A stretch of DNA of 64,000 bases from an uncultured Dehalococcoidales bacterium (GCA_964408935.1 CAYPBF010000001.1:21703-85702); one strand, 5' to 3'; shown: positions 10,597 to 19,146, counted from the stretch's first letter. Translations and numbers: made by a program. The notes: generated by a model from the letters alone, not told the origin.

Positions 10597-10652
10597 TAGA
10601 AATAATCTGACTGTAAAACTTGGGTATATCAGGGAAGAGCAGTCACTATACT

Positions 10653-10707
10653 AAAAAGGAGGCTGTATGTGAGCTTTTATTAGCTCCAGACGTACAGCCT
10701 CCTTTTT
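10653..10707 (+). terminator. rho-independent terminator (bidirectional-looking)
   Basis: AAAAAGGAGGCTGTA ... TACAGCCTCCTTTTT: a 15-bp outer stem with an inner GAGCT/AGCTC hairpin. A-tract 5' and T-tract 3'. Lies 57 nt after the SBP stop. Confidence 0.65.
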
Positions 10708-10881
10708 ATCGGTGCCAGTTGATAGTGCCCGTACCAGGGCATAATCCTCACCGTAGTTTTAATACATGGTCAGAGAATCTTTACTGACTTCTGTGCAATC
10801 TGATTCTATTCAATGTTGGAAACAAATCCTGTGCTATAACATCTAACTACAAAAACACCCTGAAATCTGGAAAAATGTTGA

Positions 10882-10928
10882 CCTGACTTTTAATCAGGGT
10901 GTCGCCGGTTCGAAACCGGCATGGTCTA
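10882..10928 (+). pseudogene. truncated tRNA-Lys(UUU)-like 3' fragment (anticodon arm, variable loop, T arm, 3' acceptor strand)
   Basis: CCTGA-CTTTTAA-TCAGG, GTGTC, GCCGG-TTCGAAA-CCGGC, ATGGTCT-A. Two perfect 5-bp stems with canonical 7-nt anticodon (CU-UUU-AA) and T (TTCGAAA) loops. No D arm or complementary 5' acceptor strand upstream. Confidence 0.6.
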
Positions 10929-12285
10929 GCAGGTAAACGATAACATCGCCCACATTGGTCCCCGTGTCCCCGGCGACTATCAGCGAGTTCCCCAGCTTTT
11001 TCAGCAAGGTATTGCTATCGCACCTTTCGACATAGGCTTCTATGTCTAATTTCTTAGCTTTCGCGGTTTTCAGCGAGTCTTGGTCGACGATAGCACCAGC
11101 GACATCGGGGAGAAAATCGGTGCCGTCGCTGCCGACGCTGGCCAATGTCCACTGGTCGGGGTAATCCGCCATCGCCAGCAGCGAGACAGCGGCGTAGTGC
11201 TGATTTCTGCCTCCCCTCCCCGCCCTATCCGGCAGCCTGATAGTCGTCTCGCCGCCGACAAGCATAACATTATGTCCGGTGTATTTTCGCCCTGCTATCT
11301 CTTTAGCCCTGGAATAGGCAACCTCGGCGGTGTCGCCCGTCTGCTGACTGGTTATAATGTGAGGCTTCAGCCCAAGCTCGTTGGCCTTGGCCGCCATCGC
11401 CTCCAGGGCCAGCATGTTGTCGCCGATTATATAGTTATGGCAGTTGCTTAAAGTCTTAGGCGTCTCGGGGGCGTTGCCGTGCTGTCCTTTGACTAGGTAG
11501 TCAATAACGCTCTTAGGTGCTTTGGTTAGCAAATCATGTCGTTTCAGGACATCGTAGGCCTCGTTGAAGGTGGAGGGGTCAGGGGTGGTGGGGCCGGAGG
11601 CAATGACGGACAGGTTGTTGCCGACGACATCGGATAGTATTAGTGAAACAACCTTGGCGGGAGTGTAGAATTCACCCAGCCTGCCGCCCTTGACCTGCGA
11701 GAGGTGTTTTCGTACCATGTTGATTTCATCTATACTGGCCCCAGAGCTGATAAGCAGCTCGGTGACTCTTTGTTTATCGGCTAAGCTCACACTTGCAACG
11801 GGGTAAGGCATTAGTGCTGAGCCACCGCCCGAGAGTAAACAAATAACGATATCATCTTGGCCTATCGAGTGGCGCTCTTTAAGGGCCAGCATTTGGCCGA
11901 CGCCAGCGACACCGCGCCGGTCGGGGGTGGGATGACCAGCGATTACGGTCTTAATCTTTTGTGTCCTGACCTGCCCGCCCTTGATGTTGACCACGCCTTC
12001 GGTTATGTTGCCAATGCCGATGATGCTTTCCAGTGCCTGCGCCATAAGCCCGCTGGCCTTGCCCCCACCGACAACAAAGACACGCCCTGTCGACAGTTTA
12101 AAACTATCGCTCTGTACCTTAATGGTATGGCGGGGGGCGTCGTAGCTGAGGGCCGTCCTCATTACGTTCGGGGGCAGGACGCGCTTGATGCCTGCCTCGA
12201 TAATAGCTAAGACCCGGTCTCTCGACTCGGTGGTGGCCAGCTCGCGGCGGTTTTGGATAATCATGTCACTCCTATAATACACCAA
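10894..12285 (-). CDS. glycerate 2-kinase / TtuD-type protein (DUF4147 + MOFRL family)
   Basis: 463-aa ORF with VVGGGKASG, GGETTIRL, SVGSDGTDF and GDTGTNVGD motifs. The last ~10 codons (DHAGFEPATP) are antisense to the tRNA-Lys-like fragment. Confidence 0.8.
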   Translation of the reverse strand: MVYYRSDMIIQNRRELATTESRDRVLAIIEAGIKRVLPPNVMRTALSYDAPRHTIKVQSDSFKLSTGRVFVVGGGKASGLMAQALESIIGIGNITEGVVNIKGGQVRTQKIKTVIAGHPTPDRRGVAGVGQMLALKERHSIGQDDIVICLLSGGGSALMPYPVASVSLADKQRVTELLISSGASIDEINMVRKHLSQVKGGRLGEFYTPAKVVSLILSDVVGNNLSVIASGPTTPDPSTFNEAYDVLKRHDLLTKAPKSVIDYLVKGQHGNAPETPKTLSNCHNYIIGDNMLALEAMAAKANELGLKPHIITSQQTGDTAEVAYSRAKEIAGRKYTGHNVMLVGGETTIRLPDRAGRGGRNQHYAAVSLLAMADYPDQWTLASVGSDGTDFLPDVAGAIVDQDSLKTAKAKKLDIEAYVERCDSNTLLKKLGNSLIVAGDTGTNVGDVIVYLLDHAGFEPATP

Positions 12286-12307
12286 CCTCTGGCCTCAGGA
12301 AACAGGC

Positions 12308-12337
12308 TTGACGCCAGCTATGGTTAACCTCTAAAAT
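12308..12337 (+). promoter_or_regulatory. candidate promoter (TTGACG-18 nt-TAAAAT)
   Basis: ttgacg 12308-12313, taaaat 12332-12337. This placement argues against the track start at 12337. Confidence 0.4.
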
Positions 12338-12393
12338 TGCGCAAGGAGAGAAGCGGCGGTGAAATTTCGAAGAAAGGGAACCAGCGTATTATC

Positions 12394-15111
12394 ATGGCAG
12401 AAACAACTTGGCAGGACTACAAGGAGGAAAAGTATTCAAGACCATCACCGTTAAAAGGTATCCGTGTACTTGAGGTATGTACCCTGCTTCTAGGCCCGGC
12501 GGGGCCTGGCTTCGCTGCCGAGATGGGCGCCGAGGTCATCAAGTGCGAATTTCCTCCCATGGGCGATACCTGCCGCGACCTGACCCCCTTCGGTTATCTG
12601 TTTCGCGAACAGGGGCCCGCCTTCGCCCACATGAACACCAATAAATACTGGCTGGGATTAGACCTGCACGTAAGCGAGGCACAGGAGGTTTTTCGCGAGC
12701 TAGCCGCCAAGGCCGATGTTATCGAAAACAACCTGAGACCAGGGGTGATGGAGAGCTGGAACATCGGCTACCGCCAAATAAGAGAGATTAACCCCGGTAT
12801 CATCTACTTAGCTAAGAACGGCTTCGGCCAGTGGGGGCAGTACGCCATGGAGAACCGCCCCTCAAATGACGGCGCCTCACAGGCGTTTTCCGGATATGCC
12901 TGGCTTTCCAGCTTTCCCAAGCAGCCGCCCCTAAAGAGCCGCCTCTACATCTGCGATAACTACGGAGCTTTGATGGGTGAACTGGCCGTGCTCGCCGCTC
13001 TGCACCATCGGGAAAAGACGGGCCAGGGACAGTTCATCGAGCTTTCCCAGAGCGAAGCCATCATGCGGGCGATGACCTGGGTCTGGCCCTACCAGCAGCT
13101 TACGGGCAAGACAGCCATGCCTTCCGGCAACCGTGACCTGTCCATCTGCCCCGCCGACACCTTCTACTGCGCTGACGGCAGCTTCGTGGCTATAGCCGCG
13201 CCGGCCCCCGATGAGTTCCAGGGCCTGTGCACGGCTATGGATAAGCCAGAGCTGACCGAAGACCCGCGATTTAGAGACCATCTCACACGACTCAAAGACG
13301 ATAACGCTAAAACAATCCTCAAGCTCATCGCTGACTGGGCGAGGACCAAAACCGCCAAAGAGATTGAAAAGCTGGCGGAAGAGCACGGCTTTGCCGCCAG
13401 CCATATCTATGATACCAAGGAGGTGGTGGAGGATAAGCACTTTGTGGAACGGGGCTTTATGACCGAGGTCGATGACGCCATCCTCGGCCAGTACCTAGAC
13501 CACGAGTTCCCGGTGATGATGTCCCAAAGCCCGCCCAAGGTGAGGTGGGGTGTGAGGGCGGTGGGCTTTGACAACGAGTATATAATGACCGAGGTCCTGG
13601 GTAAGACTGAAGCCGAGATTAAAAAACTCTACGAATGCGGTGCCCTGGGTAAATGGGCCGACGTGCCCACGCGCCGCCCGCCTTCGGGCTGGGACGGTAA
13701 GTCGGGCTTAAGAACACAACTCGACCTGTCGGAGTTTGCCCGCAAGACCCCACCCTCCAAGAAAGGCAAAGCGGCCCTTGAGGAACAAGCCGCCTTTCTA
13801 GACAGGATAAAGGAGCGCGACGACCCCGCTATCGCCCATACCAAGCCCGAGGCCCTGGACGATATCACCGTCCTGGATTTGAGCTACAAGAGCTACGCCG
13901 GCTGCTACTGCTCCTCGATGCTGGCCGAGTTGGGGGCCAAGGTGCTGCGTATAGAGCCGCCTGAGGGCGATTTCATCAGGACTTTTACCCCCTACGGTAT
14001 ACAGCATAAAGGCGTGGGGCTCAACTACCTGAATGAGGGCCGTAATAAGCGCCACATCACCCTTAACCTTGGGTCAGCCGAGGGCAGGGAGCTATTGAAA
14101 AAGCTGGTGGCCAAGGCCGACGTGCTCATTGAGACCTACAGCCCCGGGGTGATGGATGGGTGGGGCATAGGCTACGAGGACTTGAAGAAGCTCAACCCCA
14201 AATTGATATTCGCCTCCATCACTGGTTTTGGGCAGTTCGGGCCGAAGAGCCGCAGTCGCATGCCCGATTACGATAGCATCGCCCAAGCGCGCTCTGCGGT
14301 GCAATCGGCCACGGGAGAGGTTTTGCCTGAGGGTAAGAGCTACGACGATTGCCCCTGGGCGGTGCCGACCAAAGCGGGGCCCTGGATAGCCTGGGTGCAA
14401 CCGGGGACATTTATGGCCGTCGGTATCCTGGCGGCGCTGCACTGGCGGAAGACAAGTGGCCAGGGGCAGGCGCTGGACATGGCTACCGCCGAGGCCTACG
14501 CCCGCTTCGACGACTACGCCGCGCTGTGGTATCAGGAGACCGGTATTATCTGTGAGCGCTTCGGCAGCCTGGATACAGCAGGCTGGCTCTACTGCTTCGC
14601 GCCGACCAAAGACGGCGCCGTTTTCCTGGGCGGCTTGAGACTGGAGATGTGGCAGGCCTTTGCTGACATGCTGGGCAAATGGGACGAGTGGGACGCCGCC
14701 AACTGGACGACGCTGCAGATCTTTATGCGTAAGGACGAGCAGCTCAAGTGGGCGCCCAAGGTCTTTGCCGAGACACGCAAATACACCAACGACGAGCTGG
14801 TGGCTATGTCGATAGAGTATTCCCAGAAAGGGCGATTGGCCCCGATTACACCGGTGGTGGCGCCCGTCTGTTCCCCTGAAGAATGCATGAAAGACGCCAA
14901 CTGGCTGGAACGGGGGATGTTCACCCCGGTTAAAGACCCCATCTACGGTGAGGTTGTCGTCTGCCAGGCACAGCACAAGATGACCAAGACGCCCATCAGG
15001 ACGAAGTGGGTCTGTCAGCCCGTGGGCCATGAGAACAAGAGCATCTACAAGGAGTATCTGGGCTTTTCCCCCGCTAAGTTAGACGAGCTGAAGCAGACGG
15101 GTATAATATAA
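12394..15111 (+). CDS. tandem-fused family III CoA-transferase (two CaiB/BaiF-type domains in one polypeptide)
   Basis: Continuous ORF (track 12337-15111; ATG 12394 preferred). Domain 1: LKGIRVLEVCTLLLGPAGPGFAAEMGAEVIKCE ... CDNYGALMGELAVLAALHHREKTGQGQ. Domain 2: LDDITVLDLSYKSYAGCYCSSMLAELGAKVLRIE ... AWVQPGTFMAVGILAALHWRKTSGQGQ. A linker of about 50 aa joins them. Confidence 0.85.
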   Translation: MAETTWQDYKEEKYSRPSPLKGIRVLEVCTLLLGPAGPGFAAEMGAEVIKCEFPPMGDTCRDLTPFGYLFREQGPAFAHMNTNKYWLGLDLHVSEAQEVFRELAAKADVIENNLRPGVMESWNIGYRQIREINPGIIYLAKNGFGQWGQYAMENRPSNDGASQAFSGYAWLSSFPKQPPLKSRLYICDNYGALMGELAVLAALHHREKTGQGQFIELSQSEAIMRAMTWVWPYQQLTGKTAMPSGNRDLSICPADTFYCADGSFVAIAAPAPDEFQGLCTAMDKPELTEDPRFRDHLTRLKDDNAKTILKLIADWARTKTAKEIEKLAEEHGFAASHIYDTKEVVEDKHFVERGFMTEVDDAILGQYLDHEFPVMMSQSPPKVRWGVRAVGFDNEYIMTEVLGKTEAEIKKLYECGALGKWADVPTRRPPSGWDGKSGLRTQLDLSEFARKTPPSKKGKAALEEQAAFLDRIKERDDPAIAHTKPEALDDITVLDLSYKSYAGCYCSSMLAELGAKVLRIEPPEGDFIRTFTPYGIQHKGVGLNYLNEGRNKRHITLNLGSAEGRELLKKLVAKADVLIETYSPGVMDGWGIGYEDLKKLNPKLIFASITGFGQFGPKSRSRMPDYDSIAQARSAVQSATGEVLPEGKSYDDCPWAVPTKAGPWIAWVQPGTFMAVGILAALHWRKTSGQGQALDMATAEAYARFDDYAALWYQETGIICERFGSLDTAGWLYCFAPTKDGAVFLGGLRLEMWQAFADMLGKWDEWDAANWTTLQIFMRKDEQLKWAPKVFAETRKYTNDELVAMSIEYSQKGRLAPITPVVAPVCSPEECMKDANWLERGMFTPVKDPIYGEVVVCQAQHKMTKTPIRTKWVCQPVGHENKSIYKEYLGFSPAKLDELKQTGII

Positions 15112-15122
15112 TAAGGAAGCTG

Positions 15123-15923
15123 ATGGATTTAGCCAATCTGGTGGTACTTATTCGGGGTGGTGGGGAGGTAGCCAGCGGGGTGGCCCACAAGCTGGCACAC
15201 GCCCGTTTCCGCGTCTGTATGACCGAGACCTCGCAGCCTTTAGCCGTCAGTCGCGGTGTCGCCTTCTGTGAGGCGGTCTACGACGGAGAAAAGACAGTAG
15301 AAGGGATAACGGCCCAGCTGGTGGAATCGGAGGGTCAGATAACCGACGTATGGCGTCAGAACCAGCTGCCCATCATTGTTGACCCCGATGCCCTGGTCAA
15401 AGACATGCTCAAGCCCACTGTGCTCGTCGACGCCTTAATGGCCAAGCAAAACCTGGGGACAAAGATAAGCGACGCCCCGCTCGTCATCGGTCTGGGGCCC
15501 GGATTTCGAGCCAAAGAAGATGCCCACATCGTGGTAGAGACCAATAACAGCGAGCGCCTGGGACGGGTAATATTGTCGGGTGAAGCGGAGGCGGATACCG
15601 GGATACCCGTCGCCATCGGTGGCCTGACCGAGGAAAGAGTGCTGCACTCCCCCAGCGACGGCCAGTTCCTCACCGATAAGAATATAGGCGATATGGTCAA
15701 GGCGGGCGATACGGTGGCTTCGGTGGCCACCCAGCCCCTCAAGGCGGGGATTAGTGGTGTGGTGCGGGCCTTGCTTCGCAACGGCACGGTGGTAGGCAAG
15801 GGAGCCAAGCTGGGTGAGATCGACCCTTCAGGAGATAGAGAGGCCTGCTATACCATCCGTCCCCGGGTGAGGGCGATTGCGGGCGGTGTCTTAGAGGCGA
15901 TAATGATGCGCTTTAACGTTTAG
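15123..15923 (+). CDS. YqeB/EF2563-family protein (selenium-dependent molybdenum hydroxylase maturation system)
   Basis: 266-aa ORF. The N-terminal pattern VVLIRGGGEVASGVAHKLAHARFRVCMTETSQPLAVSRGVAFCEAVYDGEKTVEGITA matches my recollection of this family. AAGGAAG SD. Lies 11 nt after the CoA-transferase and 9 nt before xdhC. Confidence 0.55.
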   Translation: MDLANLVVLIRGGGEVASGVAHKLAHARFRVCMTETSQPLAVSRGVAFCEAVYDGEKTVEGITAQLVESEGQITDVWRQNQLPIIVDPDALVKDMLKPTVLVDALMAKQNLGTKISDAPLVIGLGPGFRAKEDAHIVVETNNSERLGRVILSGEAEADTGIPVAIGGLTEERVLHSPSDGQFLTDKNIGDMVKAGDTVASVATQPLKAGISGVVRALLRNGTVVGKGAKLGEIDPSGDREACYTIRPRVRAIAGGVLEAIMMRFNV

Positions 15924-15932
15924 AGGAGAATA

Positions 15933-16706
15933 ATGACCGATATCTACCAGGAAATCGTTAGGATTAAAGAGGAAGGGCAGGAAGCGGCGCTGGTCACCAT
16001 AGTCTCCGCCAGCGGCTCTACGCCCCGCGAAGAAGGCGCCAAAATGCTGGTTAAGTCTGATGCCACCATCGTCGGCACCATCGGTGGCGGTAACCTGGAG
16101 GCTCAGGTAATCAAAGAGGCGGTCGGGGTAATAAAGCAAGGCCAGCCCAAACGAATTCATTTCACCCTCAGCGATAAAGAGGCCAGCGAGGTGGGGATGA
16201 TATGTGGTGGCGACATGGAGGTCTTCATAGAGCCTATACTGACGGCACCTACCCTGTTTATCTTCGGTGGCGGTCACATCTCGCTGTCATTGGCCCAGAT
16301 GGGCAAGCTCCTCGGCTTTAAGATTGCCATCATCGACGACCGCGCCGAGTTCGCCAATGCCAAGAGGTTTCCTGATGCCGAGACTGTCCTGGCCGAGGAC
16401 TATACCAAGGCCTTCCCCAAGCTGAAGATAGACAAAACGAGCTACATTGTCATCGTTACCCGCGGCCACCAGCACGACGAGCGGGTACTGGAGTGGGCGG
16501 TGGGTACTCCCGCCAAATATATAGGCATGATCGGCAGTCTGACCAAGGTCAAAACGATATTCTCTCACTTACTGGCTAAGGGAGTGCCCCAGGAGACGCT
16601 GGACAGCGTCCACTCCCCTATTGGGCTGAGTATAGGCGCCCAGACACCCGAGGAGATAGCCGTAAGCATACTGGCCGAGATAATAAAAGTCCGCCGTTCC
16701 ACCTAG
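15933..16706 (+). CDS. XdhC/CoxI family molybdenum-hydroxylase accessory protein
   Basis: 257-aa ORF. N-terminal XdhC_CoxI-like segment (ALVTIVSASGSTPREEGAKM) and a Rossmann-like C-terminal part (LFIFGGGHISLSLAQMGKLLGFKIAIIDDR). Confidence 0.85.
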   Translation: MTDIYQEIVRIKEEGQEAALVTIVSASGSTPREEGAKMLVKSDATIVGTIGGGNLEAQVIKEAVGVIKQGQPKRIHFTLSDKEASEVGMICGGDMEVFIEPILTAPTLFIFGGGHISLSLAQMGKLLGFKIAIIDDRAEFANAKRFPDAETVLAEDYTKAFPKLKIDKTSYIVIVTRGHQHDERVLEWAVGTPAKYIGMIGSLTKVKTIFSHLLAKGVPQETLDSVHSPIGLSIGAQTPEEIAVSILAEIIKVRRST

Positions 16707-16975
16707 CCACCGGAGATGCGCAGGGCGGTATCGAGTTCGTCCCCGTCCTTTACCTTCGCGGCCAGCTCTTCGGGATAGATGCTCTCCCCGTTGACGTAGA
16801 CCTCGAGTATGCGGTTTAGCGCGCCGTCCTTCTCAAAGAGTTTCTTTTCGAGCTGGGGAAAGCGGGCAGCTAACTGCTCCAGGCACTGGCCCACGGTGTC
16901 ACCTTCAACTTCAACTATCGCCTGGCCGTCAGCGAGTCTGGCCAGGGAACGATGCAGCTTTATCCTAACGCTCAA
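16703..16975 (-). CDS. MoaD/ThiS-family ubiquitin-like sulfur-carrier protein (C-terminal GG)
   Basis: 90-aa ORF ending ...LRISGG. ATGA overlap with the upstream E1-like gene. Its stop shares the palindrome CTAG with the convergent xdhC stop. Confidence 0.75.
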   Translation of the reverse strand: MSVRIKLHRSLARLADGQAIVEVEGDTVGQCLEQLAARFPQLEKKLFEKDGALNRILEVYVNGESIYPEELAAKVKDGDELDTALRISGG

Positions 16976-17715
16976 CTCTTATCCTTCAGTGTGCTGCAGT
17001 GTGGGCAATCAGGGTCTCTTTTCACCTTGAACTGGGTGAATTTCATGTTGAGCCCATCGTAGATGAGTAGGCGGTTACCCAGCAACTGCCCCATGCCCAC
17101 GATGTACTTTATGGCCTCGGTGGCCTGAATACAGCCGATGACACCGGGAGTAACACCGACTACGGGGAAGCTGCCTTCGACAACGGCCCCACGGTAAACG
17201 CAGCGCAGGCAGGCAGTCTGGCCGGGGACTACGGTCATGGCTCTGCCCTCAAAGCCGTTGACAGCGCCGTGAAAGAAGGGAAGCCTCTTCTCTATAGCCG
17301 TCTTATTGAGTAAATAGCGGGTGGGCAGGTTATCCATGGCGTCGACAATGAGGTCGATGCCAGCCAAAAGCTGGGAGATATTGGCCTCGGTTATGGTCTC
17401 GGCGATAGCCTCTATCTTTACATCAGGATTTATTTTCTTAAGCCTCTTCGTTGCCGAAACTACCTTATCCTGGCCGATATCTTCGTCGCGGTGCAGTATT
17501 TGGCGGTTCAGGTTGCTCAGCTCTACCCTATCGTGGTCGACCACTCGTATTAGCCCTACCCCAGCCGCCGCCAGGTAGGTGGCGGCCGCCGAACCCAGAC
17601 CACCGGCGCCAGCGATGAAGACCTTGGCCTTTTTCAGCTTGGCTTGGCCTTCTTCGCCAAAGCCGTTAATCATTATCTGGCGACTGTATCTTTCCAGTTC
17701 CTCTTGGCTCAGCAT
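16972..17715 (-). CDS. ThiF/MoeB/HesA-family adenylyltransferase (E1-like)
   Basis: 247-aa ORF. Nucleotide-binding GAGGLGS, Zn-type Cys pairs CLRC and CPHC. No rhodanese or JAB domain. Confidence 0.9.
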   Translation of the reverse strand: MLSQEELERYSRQIMINGFGEEGQAKLKKAKVFIAGAGGLGSAAATYLAAAGVGLIRVVDHDRVELSNLNRQILHRDEDIGQDKVVSATKRLKKINPDVKIEAIAETITEANISQLLAGIDLIVDAMDNLPTRYLLNKTAIEKRLPFFHGAVNGFEGRAMTVVPGQTACLRCVYRGAVVEGSFPVVGVTPGVIGCIQATEAIKYIVGMGQLLGNRLLIYDGLNMKFTQFKVKRDPDCPHCSTLKDKS

Positions 17716-17736
17716 CTTGGCTACCCCCTTGATAGA

Positions 17737-17940
17737 TTAACCACCCCCGATTATGGTGTCCAGGACAAAGATTTCTTCCAAATCGGGGTCTATCTGGTAG
17801 ATAACTTTCTCGGTTTTGGCGTCGGCCACCAGACCACCCATAGGGTCGTTGTAGGTCTCTTCCAGGATTCTCTTCGCCTCCTCGACGGTCACCTCTTTTT
17901 CGCCACCCGAGGCGTAACGGACTTTGATTTTTCCTCTCAT
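17737..17940 (-). CDS. small ThiS-like protein with C-terminal GGG
   Basis: ORF track 17737-18069. ATG 17940 preferred (67 aa: MRGKIKVRY...EIFVLDTIIGGG). The tail resembles ThiS (..VIAGG). Lies 21 nt upstream of the E1-like gene. Confidence 0.55.
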   Translation of the reverse strand: MRGKIKVRYASGGEKEVTVEEAKRILEETYNDPMGGLVADAKTEKVIYQIDPDLEEIFVLDTIIGGG

Positions 17941-18086
17941 ATACTCTTTATATTTTAACCTTTTTCCATCGGTGTATCCAGTGCCTTGGTCTTGCTGGAC
18001 AGATGGCACTGTCTCAAGCCAAGTATTGACAAATGACCTGTTGGGGACTAAACTCAGGCTGTAATACACTTAAAGGAGGCAACATC

Positions 18087-18281
18087 ATGGCAGAATCACT
18101 GGCAGAGTTTGTGTTATACGAAGACAAGGCAGGAGAATTCCGCTGGAGGCTAGTGCATAGAAACACGAATATAATTGCCGATTCAGGTGAGGGCTACACG
18201 ACCAAGGCTAACGCGATTAACGGAATCGAGTCAGTAAAAGAAAATGCCCCTGATGCTCCCATTGTAGACAAGACTGAATAA
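18087..18281 (+). CDS. YegP/DUF1508 family protein (single domain)
   Basis: AAGGAGG lies 6 nt before ATG 18087. Sequence FVLYEDKAGEFRWRLVHRNTNIIADSGEGYTTKANAINGIESVKENA is the typical YegP repeat. Confidence 0.8.
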   Translation: MAESLAEFVLYEDKAGEFRWRLVHRNTNIIADSGEGYTTKANAINGIESVKENAPDAPIVDKTE

Positions 18282-18358
18282 TGGTCGGGGTGGGCGGATT
18301 TGAACCGCCGACCTCAGCGTCCCAAACGCTGCGCGCTAACCAGCTGCGCTACACCCCG
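18282..18358 (-). tRNA. tRNA-Pro (anticodon UGG), CCA encoded
   Basis: Hand-folded cloverleaf: CGGGGTG TA GCGC AGCTGGTTA GCGC G CAGCG TTTGGGA CGCTG AGGTC GGCGG TTCAAAT CCGCC CACCCCG A CCA (77 nt). Confidence 0.9.
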
Positions 18359-18366
18359 CATCACAG

Positions 18367-18395
18367 AGTATAGCAAGGCGTTTCCCAGGGGTCAA
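18367..18395 (-). promoter_or_regulatory. candidate tRNA-Pro promoter (TTGACC-17 nt-TATACT)
   Basis: Minus strand: TTGACC (18395-18390), 17-nt spacer, TATACT (18372-18367), 8 nt before the tRNA 5' end. Confidence 0.5.
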
Positions 18396-18420
18396 TGTGT
18401 GGGGTTAAGAGTAAAAAAAG

Positions 18421-19146
18421 TTAATCGCGGCAGTCGGGGCATTTATCGAAGGCGTCGGGGGCTAGCCCCGCCTTCTTGATGATGTAGTCCAGCTGGGCCT
18501 GGGGGGCAAAGTAGCGGCCACAGTTCGAGCACTTCTTAAGCTTGAACTCCATCTCGTTGTTGGGCCAAGTAATGCGCCTGGTATCGCCAATATCCTCGAA
18601 CTTGATGGCGTCCACGGGGCAGACGTAGGCGCAGGAGCCGCAGCCGATACAGACGTTGGAGTCTTCAAAATAAGGGGTGGCCATGGCACGGTCAACACCG
18701 CGGTTGACCAAGCTGATGGCGGAAACACCGACAATCTCTTGACAGACCCTGGTACACAGGGCGCAGAGCATACAGTCGTTGTCGTCGAGCTTGAAGCTGG
18801 TCTTTCCCACCCCCAGTTTGTGAGCTAAGTCCTGCACCGCCTTGTTATTGGGGCAGCGGGCCAGGAGCAGTTCCATGAGCATCTGGCGGTTGGCAGCGAT
18901 TCTCTCCGAGTCGGTGGTCACCTTGAGTCCATCAGCCACTTCGTAGAGACAGGAAGCCACCAGTCTTTGCCGCCCGTTCTTGGTCACCTCGACCGTGCAA
19001 AGACGGCAGGCGCCGTAGGGGGTTACCTCTTCATGGTGGCAGAGAGTGGGTATGTAGATGTTATTATCCTGAGCGGCCTCTAGTATGGTCGTCCCCGCTT
19101 CGGCTTGAACCTTCCGTCCGTTGATTATCAGCTTGACCTTCTTCAT
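18421..19146 (-). CDS. 2Fe-2S / 4Fe-4S iron-sulfur protein (NuoG/HydA N-terminal-like, no catalytic domain)
   Basis: 241 aa. N-terminal plant-type 2Fe-2S motif (CHHEEVTPYGACRLCTVEV), CMLCALCTRVC and CIGCGSCAYVCP motifs, C-terminal CSNCG...CPDC. No H-cluster or molybdopterin domain. ATGA overlap with the NuoF-like gene. Confidence 0.8.
   Translation of the reverse strand: MKKVKLIINGRKVQAEAGTTILEAAQDNNIYIPTLCHHEEVTPYGACRLCTVEVTKNGRQRLVASCLYEVADGLKVTTDSERIAANRQMLMELLLARCPNNKAVQDLAHKLGVGKTSFKLDDNDCMLCALCTRVCQEIVGVSAISLVNRGVDRAMATPYFEDSNVCIGCGSCAYVCPVDAIKFEDIGDTRRITWPNNEMEFKLKKCSNCGRYFAPQAQLDYIIKKAGLAPDAFDKCPDCRD

Noticed and set aside
14092-15030. 312-aa ORF antisense to the fused CoA-transferase, with several shorter ones nearby (12931-13440, 13798-14055, 14589-14942)
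   Set aside because: No recognisable motifs. The Arg/Gly/Pro/His-rich composition is typical of the reverse frame of GC3-rich coding DNA. The sense strand has strong family motifs along its whole length.
16703-16706. Shared CTAG stop-codon palindrome of the convergent xdhC and MoaD-like genes as a regulatory feature
   Set aside because: A 4-nt convergent overlap is common in compact genomes. No hairpin or other signal is present.
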